Made by a program: the position numbers and the translations under genes
Source: a virus
Virus record (IMG/VR): IMGVR_UViG_3300044613_001897
DNA: 64,000 bases
Direction: 5' to 3' (one strand)
The notes under the pieces: generated by a model
The model's input: the letters and a program-made list of their open reading frames with translations, nothing else
What the model was told of the DNA's origin: nothing
Database searches by the model: none
Shown here: piece after piece, positions 12,013-21,360 of the stretch
Layout of the letters: each line of letters starts with the position of its first letter
Position numbering within the stretch: position 1 is the stretch's first letter

Positions 12013-12165
12013 ATGGAAGAAGAAAAAGTTATTTGTCCGAAATGTGGGAATGAAGAAAATTTCCACTTCAATTACGATTATAGTAAAAAGGAACTACCTA
12101 TAATTGACGTGTTATGTAATGAGTGTGGAGAATTTTTTGAATTAGAAAAATCAAAACAAAAATAA
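12013..12165 (+). CDS. Cassette 3 gene, 50 aa zinc-ribbon protein (not in ORF track)
   Basis: MEEEKVICPKCGNEENFHFNYDYSKKELPIIDVLCNECGEFFELEKSKQK; two CxxC pairs. Confidence 0.8.
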   Translation: MEEEKVICPKCGNEENFHFNYDYSKKELPIIDVLCNECGEFFELEKSKQK

Positions 12166-12171
12166 TATTAC

Positions 12172-12304
12172 TTATAACGTTTCGCAGCTAAACGCTGTTG
12201 CGTAATAAAGCGATAAATGCACAATAAAGTAGATAGGTTTATTAAATAAAAAACAGTTTATTATATGAAAAATCAAAGCAATAGCGATTTATGTGCTGTT
12301 ATGG
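12172..12304. repeat. attC-like hairpin site 5 (long class, 133 bp)
   Basis: ATAAC gtttc GCAgcTAAACGCTgTTGC ... GCAAtAGCGaTTTAtgTGC t GTTAT. Confidence 0.8.
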
Positions 12305-12627
12305 CTATGTTGCCTACGCACGGATTCCACAAGACATTGGGAAAAATAGAAATTTTAGGGGTAAGAGTAAAATCAACAACATCAAACAACACTATGTACA
12401 TGACTATAATTGATGGTGATATGTTGTGGGTTTATGATTATGAAACCGAATTAGATTTTACAAAAAAAGATTATGACAATAAGTTACTTCAAGAGTTCAC
12501 ACCTAAAATTTATGAATGGATTATGACGCCACCATTTAATTTAGAACACGCTCAACACGGAATGGCTTGTGAAAAGTTTGGTGATGTCCGTTCTGAATTT
12601 TTGCAGAAACGCTCGTTAGGCAATTAG
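12265..12627 (+). CDS. Cassette 4 gene, hypothetical; in-frame start inside the hairpin loop
   Basis: MKNQSNSDLCAVMA is encoded by the loop and right arm of site 5. Confidence 0.75.
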   Translation: MKNQSNSDLCAVMAMLPTHGFHKTLGKIEILGVRVKSTTSNNTMYMTIIDGDMLWVYDYETELDFTKKDYDNKLLQEFTPKIYEWIMTPPFNLEHAQHGMACEKFGDVRSEFLQKRSLGN

Positions 12628-12681
12628 CCATAACGTCTGATGATAAACAATCGTTTTAATGTTGTTTATCATTTGTTATAG
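12628..12681. repeat. attC-like hairpin site 6 (short class, 54 bp)
   Basis: Core differs from site 1 at one base (GTCTG vs GTCCG). Confidence 0.85.
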
Positions 12682-12724
12682 GTAGTTTCATTTTTTATTT
12701 TACAAATTATAAATTTTCATAAAT

Positions 12725-13024
12725 ATGACAGAAGAACGAATAAAAGAATATGTAGTAAATGGTGGAAAACTTTTTACTATCAAAACAATTGACACTATTA
12801 GGGATGGTGGAACAAAAGTATTGGACACAACTGGTGGTAAATTTTACATAAATAAGGATAGTAAAAAGTTTCATTCTGGTTACTCACCAAGTGATGAAAA
12901 TTTAATAACAGATTTTTTGTTGGTAGAATATCTGATTGAAAGAATTGAAACATACATTAAACGATGTGACGAAGATTTGGAACGAAATAAAAATCTGTTA
13001 ATAGAAATTAAAAATAAAAAATGA
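12725..13024 (+). CDS. Cassette 5 gene, hypothetical
   Basis: Single ORF between site 6 and the integrase-proximal site. Confidence 0.75.
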   Translation: MTEERIKEYVVNGGKLFTIKTIDTIRDGGTKVLDTTGGKFYINKDSKKFHSGYSPSDENLITDFLLVEYLIERIETYIKRCDEDLERNKNLLIEIKNKK

Positions 13025-13030
13025 TATTAC

Positions 13031-13088
13031 CTATAACTCTTATATATACGCACCACAATATAATCAATTAATAATCAATAAGTTATAA
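13031..13088. other. Putative attI-like primary recombination site with IHF-like box
   Basis: CTATAAC without the array hairpin, directly upstream of the integrase ATG; contains AATCAATAAGTTA, matching WATCAANNNNTTR. Confidence 0.6.
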
Positions 13089-13886
13089 ATGCAAGTTCTT
13101 AAAAATTTTCAAGAAAAATTAAGATATAAAAACTATTCTCAGAGTAGTATAAATTTATATACATCATATTTAAAAAATTTTATCGAATATGGTGGGATAA
13201 AAGACCCATACCAAATTAGAACACAACAAATAGTATCGTTTCTTGAAAAATATCCTTACACATCATGCAGCCAACAAAACCAATATATAGGTGCTCTAAA
13301 ACTTTTTGCTAAATATATTTTAAATAAAAAAGACATACATTTAACAAAAATAGAAAGACCAAAATCAGAAAAGAAACTTCCAAGAGTTATTGATGGTGAG
13401 TTTATAAAAGAAAAACTAAACCAAATTGAAAATCTTAAACACAAAGCAATTCTTACGCTAACTTATTCAGTTGGATTAAGAGTATCTGAAATTGTTAACC
13501 TAAAAATTGAAGATATTGATTCAAAAAGAATGCTTATTCATATCAAAAATGCAAAAGGTAGAAAAGACAGAATAGTTCCTCTTTCGCCAAATGTACTTAA
13601 TCTGTTAAGAGATTATTTCAAAGAATATAAACCAATTGAATACCTCTTTAATGGTCAATTTACAAACCAATATTCAATAGGTAGCTGCCAGAAAATATAT
13701 AAGAAATATATTGACAATACATCATCAATCCATACCTTGCGACATTCATCTTTTACTAACTTATTAGAAAGCGGAACTGATTTACGAATAATACAAAAGA
13801 TTGCAGGACATTCATCATCGAAAACTACTGAGATATACACTCATGTATCTAATCAATTATTATCTTCTGTTAATTTACCTATTTAA
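13089..13886 (+). CDS. Tyrosine recombinase (integron-integrase-like, short form)
   Basis: N-terminal SAM-like domain, KLPRVI, GLRVSE (R), AKGRKDR (K), HTLRHS (HxxR), GHSS..TTEIY (H,Y): full catalytic set. Confidence 0.93.
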   Translation: MQVLKNFQEKLRYKNYSQSSINLYTSYLKNFIEYGGIKDPYQIRTQQIVSFLEKYPYTSCSQQNQYIGALKLFAKYILNKKDIHLTKIERPKSEKKLPRVIDGEFIKEKLNQIENLKHKAILTLTYSVGLRVSEIVNLKIEDIDSKRMLIHIKNAKGRKDRIVPLSPNVLNLLRDYFKEYKPIEYLFNGQFTNQYSIGSCQKIYKKYIDNTSSIHTLRHSSFTNLLESGTDLRIIQKIAGHSSSKTTEIYTHVSNQLLSSVNLPI

Positions 13887-14373
13887 TAGGCAGAATTTCC
13901 AAATTATATACAGGGTGAATCTCAGTCCAGTTATGTCTTTTGTCATAAACAAATGCACCAGTAACTATAACTTTATCCCCCTTCTTAGGTACTAGAATAG
14001 GATTGTCAAACATATGGCAGATAGGAAATATTGTACTATGTCCACAAACTATCTCTGCTACTAAGCATGAATCTTGTTTGGTGTAATTTTTATTAACTAA
14101 ATATACCTTTTGAGAACTAACCGAATCTAACTTTAATTTTATATGAATATCACCATCAAATGAATTTTCAATATGATGTATAACACCAGACACAGTTATA
14201 TTATGATTAATTACATGAAGTCTTTTATTGTCATATACCTTTTGCCATAACCTAAATTGATGTGTTGTTAACGAATCAGTATTTGTATTGAATGCTAGGA
14301 GAAATGATAGAAGTAATGGTGACATAAAATAGGTTATACAGATAAGTATAAATAGTAAAAACTTTATGTTCAA
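13879..14373 (-). CDS. Secreted OB-fold-like protein
   Basis: Signal peptide; DGDIHI, LVAEI, VTG, EIHPV pattern; the only convincing minus-strand gene in the window. Confidence 0.55.
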   Translation of the reverse strand: MNIKFLLFILICITYFMSPLLLSFLLAFNTNTDSLTTHQFRLWQKVYDNKRLHVINHNITVSGVIHHIENSFDGDIHIKLKLDSVSSQKVYLVNKNYTKQDSCLVAEIVCGHSTIFPICHMFDNPILVPKKGDKVIVTGAFVYDKRHNWTEIHPVYNLEILPIK

Positions 14374-14495
14374 AAATATTAAAAATTTATTGGTAATTTA
14401 ATCTTTATTTCTTATATTAATGTATTAATAGAGCAGAAACTATTTAAAAAACGGGAGTAACTGAAAATCCTTAAGAGTAGGACAAATAAAATCGT

Positions 14496-14819
14496 ATGAA
14501 ATATTACTTAAAAGCATTACAAAATTATGCAAACTTCGATGGCAGAGCTACCAGATCTGAATATTGGTACTTTGTATTATTTAACTTTTTAATAGCGTTT
14601 GCTGTTGGGTTCGTAACAGCAATCATAGGTCTGCCAGCATTGTCTACATTGTATACGCTTGGTCTACTAGTTCCAGGATATGCAGTAGCAATTAGAAGAA
14701 TACATGATACAGGTAAAAGTGGTTGGTTTGTATTAATACCAATATATAACTTTGTATTATTGGTTTCAAAAGGGCAAGATGTCGAGAATAAGTTCGGCCC
14801 TGTCCCTACAGCAGAATAA
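14496..14819 (+). CDS. DUF805 family membrane protein
   Basis: YANFDGRATRSEYW and RRIHDTGKSGW motifs. Confidence 0.9.
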   Translation: MKYYLKALQNYANFDGRATRSEYWYFVLFNFLIAFAVGFVTAIIGLPALSTLYTLGLLVPGYAVAIRRIHDTGKSGWFVLIPIYNFVLLVSKGQDVENKFGPVPTAE

Positions 14820-14838
14820 TATTAGTTTTTGATAAGTT

Positions 14839-14864
14839 AAGCCTCCGTAAATCGGGGGCTTTTC
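14839..14864 (+). terminator. Intrinsic terminator
   Basis: AAGCCTCCG taaat CGGGGGCTT followed by T-rich tail. Confidence 0.7.
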
Positions 14865-15105
14865 TTACTATCATATATAATATTTCTACTATATCTTAAA
14901 ATTTCTTAAAATTTGAGCTAAAATTTGGTTTTTTGGTATTTTATACCTACATTTAAGTATATTAAAAGATAAAGATTATGAAACAAATGGTTAAAACTTT
15001 AAAAGAAACTTATTCTGAAACACCGAATGAGATTATAGGAGGTGTTGCAGTACTAATATTATGGACTGTTATATTATTTGCATCATTATACATATCTAGT
15101 ATTAT

Positions 15106-15459
15106 ATGATAGATTCGAACTATCCAGATTGGACTCCCGAATTAGTACTGGAAGATATTTATCCTCCTATTATTCGCAGTAAAGATGAGAACTATAACTT
15201 TGTTGTATTAGGTGGTAAATGGTATGTTGCTCCTAAAAATGTAACTCTTGAAATGGTTCGTACACAATGGAAACATCCTTATAGAGATATTACCAGCACA
15301 ACTACACTAGTACCTACTATAAAGAGTTTCGAGGTACTATCTAGTAATGGTAAGGACTATTATACCGTAACTATACAAGGCTCTTATAACTCTTGTACTT
15401 GCCCCGGGTTCGGGTTCAGAGGATATTGCAAACATGTTAAACAATTTTTACAAGAATAA
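15106..15459 (+). CDS. SWIM zinc-finger protein
   Basis: SCTCPGFGFRGYCKHV. Confidence 0.8.
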   Translation: MIDSNYPDWTPELVLEDIYPPIIRSKDENYNFVVLGGKWYVAPKNVTLEMVRTQWKHPYRDITSTTTLVPTIKSFEVLSSNGKDYYTVTIQGSYNSCTCPGFGFRGYCKHVKQFLQE

Positions 15460-16253
15460 ATTTGGTTTCATCAATTATTTTACTTACATTTAAAATATGA
15501 AAATAGATAAAAACACAAAAATAATGCTTGAAATATATAGGAGAGCATTTGCTGCAAGTACACCAATTGGTGATTTTGATAAATTAATGGATGAAGCTGA
15601 AATAAATGAATTTGGTCAAAAAACTATTCCATTTATGGATTATGAATTAGATGATGACATTGCTCAAAAAATAATCAATACAGTGCTTAAAGAATATAAA
15701 GTACCAAAACATAAACATCAAATGTTTTTTACTACTTACTGGCTTGGATGTTCACCTAAACACAAAACAATATGAATAAGTTTGAATTTTTAAAAGTATA
15801 TAATAGTCCATTTAAAAGACCTAAACTAAATCTTTATATTGGTAAAGTAGCAATTGGTACACCATATTTCTTTCCTCGTAAAACAGTTAAATCTAAAACT
15901 AAAGAAGGTTATTTAGAATTTGTACCTAAAAAAATAGGATTTGATTTTGTTGGTTTAGGTTATAAATTAAAATGGGATGATACAGATTATAGATTTGAAT
16001 GGTCTCCAGTTTGGTCATTTGTATTTTTTAAATGGCAAATTGCTATAACATTTAACGCACCACAAGAATATCATTATTGGGAAGCTTGGTTATATTACCA
16101 AAAAAATACAGATACAACCAAATCTAAATTAGAAAGAATACAGCAATGTATGAAAGAATTTTCATTGCTATATACAGTTTCTAGTAACGGAGATAAACAA
16201 ACTATAGATTACTATACTAAAGTGCTAAAAACTAAATATTTAAAAAAAACAAA

Positions 16254-16778
16254 ATGAACAAATTAAAAGTAACGATGATGACACTAATGATGTGTTTTAT
16301 GACAATAACATTATTTGCACAACCAGATAGTGTTTATGTAATCAAACGCTCAGATACAATGAATGGAAAAACATACATATATGGAAATAGAAATTTTGTT
16401 GTTGCAAATGATACTAAAGAAGAAGGATTTATAGTTGACACTTATATTAATGATAATTTATCTATTCAAATGATAACTGTAGTTATGGTTGGTATTGGAA
16501 GCTGTAATGAAAATGATGAAATTATTATTCTATTTGAAAATGGTGAAAAAATAGTTAAAAAATCATGGAAATCCTTCAATTGTGATGGAGAAGCTTATTT
16601 TAATATTAATGAATTAGAAATGAAACTGCTAAGAACACTACCTATGGCTAAAATAAGAATGACTAATGGTAGAAGTTTTGATAGCTATACAGGAAATGTT
16701 ATTGCTAAAGATAAAAGATATTTTATACAACTATTATACGCATTAGATAATAAGTTAATATTAGAAAAGAAAAATTAA
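16254..16778 (+). CDS. Secreted hypothetical protein
   Basis: Signal peptide ending LFA-Q, Bacteroidota-like. Confidence 0.5.
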   Translation: MNKLKVTMMTLMMCFMTITLFAQPDSVYVIKRSDTMNGKTYIYGNRNFVVANDTKEEGFIVDTYINDNLSIQMITVVMVGIGSCNENDEIIILFENGEKIVKKSWKSFNCDGEAYFNINELEMKLLRTLPMAKIRMTNGRSFDSYTGNVIAKDKRYFIQLLYALDNKLILEKKN

Positions 16779-16782
16779 TAGT

Positions 16783-18547
16783 ATGGAAACTAGTAATAAA
16801 CAAACAGCAATTGAGTGGTTAATTGAAAAAACAACAGAAAGTGGACATTTGTGGTTTACAGATAAACCATATAGTATGGATGAACTTAGTTTAATCATTG
16901 AAAAAGCCAAAGAAATAGAAAAGCAACAAATGGCAGATGCTTTTTATGCACCTGCAAACGAAGCTGAATCAAATAACTTTGATGAGTATTATACCCAAAA
17001 GTACAAAGATGAAAATTGAGTTGACAGAGCAAGAATCTGAAATTATATTGGTAAAAAGTTAAAACCGAAATACAAAACATATGGAAAATAATATGACACA
17101 CGAAGAAGCATACAATAAAGCATTAAAAGTCAAATGGAAAGTAGAACCATGCTTTTCTGGTGAAGAATGTTGGTGTAGACTTATTGTTCCTGATGAACCT
17201 ATAAAATATAGTACTGATGATATAGAAGAAGTATGTATAGTTAGCTCGGCATCTATAAATAAACAAATGGCTGAACACATTGTAAACATTCATAATCAAT
17301 ACATAAATAATGGAAAATAAACACACACAACAAGTAGACTTCAGCAATCCAAATGCTGATAAAATAACTTCAGGAACTACAAATAAACCTTTGGAAAATA
17401 AACAAACAGCAGTAGAATGGCTAGAACAAGAATTTATTGCCTTACAAAATTATGGTATGAATGAACTTGGATTATTTGCAAAAGCAAAAGAAATGGAACA
17501 ACATCAATTTAAGAAAATGATAGAAGCATTTTCTATTTTATTAAAAATAGAGAACAAACAAGACCTTTAGTTTTTGAAAATGGCTTTTTTGCAGGATTTT
17601 ATTATGCTTTAAAAAGTTCAGAAGATTATTACGATAAACTTGAAAAAACTCAATTAGCGGATGATGATTTCACAAGAGAATATCTGCAAGAAATAAGTAG
17701 TGAAATTTATAACAAAATAAATTAATAATATGGAAAATAAACACACAGCAATACAACAACTAATTAATGAAATAGTTGAACATCTTACTTATGATGATGA
17801 TTTAAGTGATGATTCAAGAATGACTCTTGAAACTATTAGATTAAGATGTTTAGGTAAATTATCAATTGAGAAGGAGCAGATAATGGATGCCTTTTGGAAT
17901 GGTGATAATACTGATTGCACATCAGAACAAAATAGTAAAGAATTTGCAGAACAATATTATATAGAAACTTATGAAAGTAAGGAAATTTACGCTAAAGATG
18001 TAATATTAGGATATAAAACTTCTATAGATGCTCAAATGTTAGATAGGATTGAACCTAAACAAGAAAATAATCTTGAAGAAGCTGCTGAAAAATTATATCC
18101 AAAAGAAGGTGAAGATTATACATATGGTGATTTAGGGTTAATTCAACAAGATGCGTTTAAATTTGGAGCTAAATGGCAACAAGAAAGAATGTATAGTGAG
18201 GAAGATATGGCAGAATCATTTATGGCTTGCCGGAAAGCAAATGTATCTGATGGAATTGAATGTAAATTATCATTTAAAGAATTTATTGAACAATATAAAA
18301 AGAAATAACAATGAATAATAATTTAGAATTTGAAAACACAGACCCAAGTCCTGATAGTATAGAAGATAATCACCCAAGAACTAATTATGGTGAAGGATGG
18401 ATACAAGAAAGAATGTATAGTGAGGAAGAAGTTTTAGAAATATTATTAAAACATCAATCTGATTATAGAAGTGCTGTAAGAAATACATCCCCTTTAAATT
18501 GGAGTTTTGATATTAATAAATGGTTTGAACAATTTAAAAAGAAATAA
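16783..18547 (+). repeat. Cluster of modular paralogous ORFs (KQTA(V/I)EWL / QERMYSEE / EQ(F/Y)KKK)
   Basis: Peptide and DNA blocks shared among ORFs 16783, 17310, 17730 and 18311; identical 27 bp at 18179-18205 and 18403-18429. Confidence 0.8.
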
Positions 18548-20252
18548 TATGACAGTAAAAGAATTTTCAAATAAAACAAGTGAGTTAATTAAAATGCATC
18601 CTACTCAATCAGATTTATTATGTATTGCTACAACAGATGCTTTTGATGAAGAAGATGAATCACCTATGTTAGACAAACTAATGGATTGGTGTTTAGAAAT
18701 ATGTGCAAATAATGTTACAATTCAAAAAGAAATAATATGACAATAGAAAAATGGTTATCAGATGTTTACTATGATGAATATAGTACATACATCTGGAATA
18801 AAGAACAAGATGGAGGAAATCAATTAGTTGCCGATATTAGAGGTTGGGGTAGATTACAAAATGAATTTAGTATTCAAGAAGAAGCAGAGAAATTTCAAAA
18901 TGAAGTAGGCCAATTTATAGTACAAGCTATTAAAGAAAAAATTGAACGTGATTTTAAATCAGAATAATATGACTACAACATATAAGATACAGTATCTAGA
19001 TAAAACTAAAGGATTCAATACTACAGAAATGGTATTCTCTGACTATAGTATAGCAGCACAATGGGGCAAAACCAATCTAGAAAATTTCCATACCGATATG
19101 ATTAAAGTATTGTTCGGGGCTATAACAAATTAGCATATATACCAAAAAACAATAACCTGCAGGTGCACTATTAATAAAACAAGTAATAACATACATAATA
19201 TGATAACAAAAATAAAAGCAGCATTAATAACATTAGCAATAATGTCAGTAATAACATTACCTTTAATAGTAATAGAATTAGGATATATATTAGAAGCAAT
19301 GTATCTATTATTGATAATACTAGTATCCATAACAGTATATGGAATATATAACTTGGTACTAAAAGAGATAGACTCAGATAAGAATAAGAATTAAATATAC
19401 TTTAACGCTACCGCTGAATCGGAATTAAATATACTTTAATAAGAATTAAATCTTATAACTATTATTAGCCAAAGAAGGGAATGAGTATAGAGACATACGG
19501 TTGTAGAGTATTAATATAAGAATTGCTATACCGACCCTATAATTAATCCTATGAGGCTACTGAGGTTATTTAAGATAGTATAATGCGATAGCAGTAAGAA
19601 AGCAATACCGTACAGGAACTTGTTCGAATAAGTTTTTGACTGTTTAACAGTACACTGTACAGTATTGAACTGCACTATATTTATTACTGTATAAAGACTA
19701 ATAACAATTGCACAATTAAAATTTTTTACAGTACTAACAATTAAAGAAATAACTCAAATACTAGAATACTTTAAGTAAAGGGAATACTAACTAACAATTA
19801 AAAGAAATAACTGAATGCTAAATACAGATATCTTAACAATTAATAAATGACACAGTAATACTAATTGCAAATTGCTAAATTAATTAACTGTAATATAATA
19901 TAGGTACAGTATACTAATTGAAAAGCGTGATTCAAAAATCCTCGGAGTGGAATGAGGTTGAACAAGTAAGGAGGCCACCAACACAAACAGTAAATTATTT
20001 ACAGTACTATTATAATGTTATAGTATATCTATACATTGTTGATCAAATTTAATATCTGTAACAGTTTTTATTTTTGTACAGGTATTATTTCCATGTTTAC
20101 TAGTACATATATAATATTATTTAATATAACCCATCATATTATAATATTCTTTAATATCTTAAAAAGTATTAAAATTTAAACAAAGTTGCTATTTCGGTTG
20201 GTTTTTACCGGTTTAGTACTTATCTTTAAGTATAAGGTTTAATAAAAACATT

Positions 20253-20816
20253 ATGAGTAAGGAAATTAGAGAAATGATTGATAAAGTTAGGAATATTAAA
20301 ACTGGGACATATAATGGTACTGCTGGTGGTAATATGGGTACTATAAGCAGACAATATGTTGCTGGTAAAAAAAACACTTATAAGAAAGATGAATTTATAA
20401 TTGATGAATTTATACCAAGAGCTGATTTAAAACAAGACCAAACAAAATCCTACATTGTAAAAGGATTTGCGGATGATGAATTTTTAGGTTTTAAAAATGC
20501 TGTTGATTGGAATGATGTTTATAAAAAAGTCGATGAAATACGTAATAAAGAATTAAATATTATAAACTCAACTGATTTAACAAAAGCAATTGAGTTTATG
20601 AAGAAAAATGAAGCTGGGTTTGTTAAAATAATGAAACACATACAAGAATCTGAAAATCTATCTAAACCATTAGCATTTTTAAATCTAATTAAAGACTACT
20701 ATAAAAATAATGGATTTATATTTACAATCGAAGTCATTGCTAAAATAATGATAAAATACGGATATGATTTCAAATCTTTTAAAGAAATACGTGATTTATA
20801 TTATAAAGAATATTAG
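20253..20816 (+). CDS. Hypothetical protein, possibly cassette-derived
   Basis: Followed by a copy of the attI-like junction (20889-20911). Confidence 0.55.
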   Translation: MSKEIREMIDKVRNIKTGTYNGTAGGNMGTISRQYVAGKKNTYKKDEFIIDEFIPRADLKQDQTKSYIVKGFADDEFLGFKNAVDWNDVYKKVDEIRNKELNIINSTDLTKAIEFMKKNEAGFVKIMKHIQESENLSKPLAFLNLIKDYYKNNGFIFTIEVIAKIMIKYGYDFKSFKEIRDLYYKEY

Positions 20817-21090
20817 TGGGTGGGAAAAAAATAAAACAAAAAGATTATAACCACAAAACTTAATACGAAGCGATAATGAAGCATTGCATATAACTCTTAT
20901 ATATATGTACCTTAATCTAGATTGAGTCATAGTAATATTCTTATATACAATTTCTTAAATAATTAGATTGAATTTCTAGAGTATCATATTATAATATTCT
21001 TTAATATCTTAAAAAGTATTAAAAGTTTAATCTAGATTTGGTTTTACGATATATTTTACCTACATTTAATAATATTAAAAGATAAAGAAT

Positions 21091-21360
21091 ATGAAAAAGT
21101 TACAATTTACCAGTAAAGCCTTAGCAATTGCAAGTGTGCTGGTATGTACAGTTTTTATTAGTAGTTGCACCGAAAACAAAAGAGTAAGATCTTTTGGTGG
21201 AACACAAGAACTTACCCTTAAGACAAATGAAAAACTATTAAACATTACTTGGAAAGACAGCAATATGTGGGTGCTTACGGAAGATACGGTTACACATATC
21301 AAATACTTTAGGGAAAATTCTTCTTGGGGTGTTTGGGAGGGTGAGATTATCGTAAAATAA
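21091..21360 (+). CDS. Putative lipoprotein
   Basis: Signal peptide with ISSC lipobox. Confidence 0.6.
   Translation: MKKLQFTSKALAIASVLVCTVFISSCTENKRVRSFGGTQELTLKTNEKLLNITWKDSNMWVLTEDTVTHIKYFRENSSWGVWEGEIIVK

Larger units (their letters stand above)
11202..13886. mobile_element. Integron-like cassette array plus tyrosine recombinase
   Basis: Five complete and one truncated TAAC...GTTAT hairpin sites alternate with single ORFs; the array ends at an att-like site next to the integrase. Confidence 0.85.

Noticed and set aside
11202-12681. CRISPR array interpretation of the repeats
   Set aside because: The intervening units are 200-360 bp whole genes, the repeats vary in length and covary as hairpins, and no cas genes are present
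11202-12681. Hairpins as simple intrinsic terminators
   Set aside because: AT-rich imperfect stems with conserved TAAC/GTTAT boxes, cassette-end complementarity and ORFs starting inside them are not explained by termination, although a secondary terminator role is possible
16783-18547. Diversity-generating retroelement
   Set aside because: No reverse transcriptase in the window and no adenine-specific template/variable repeat pair
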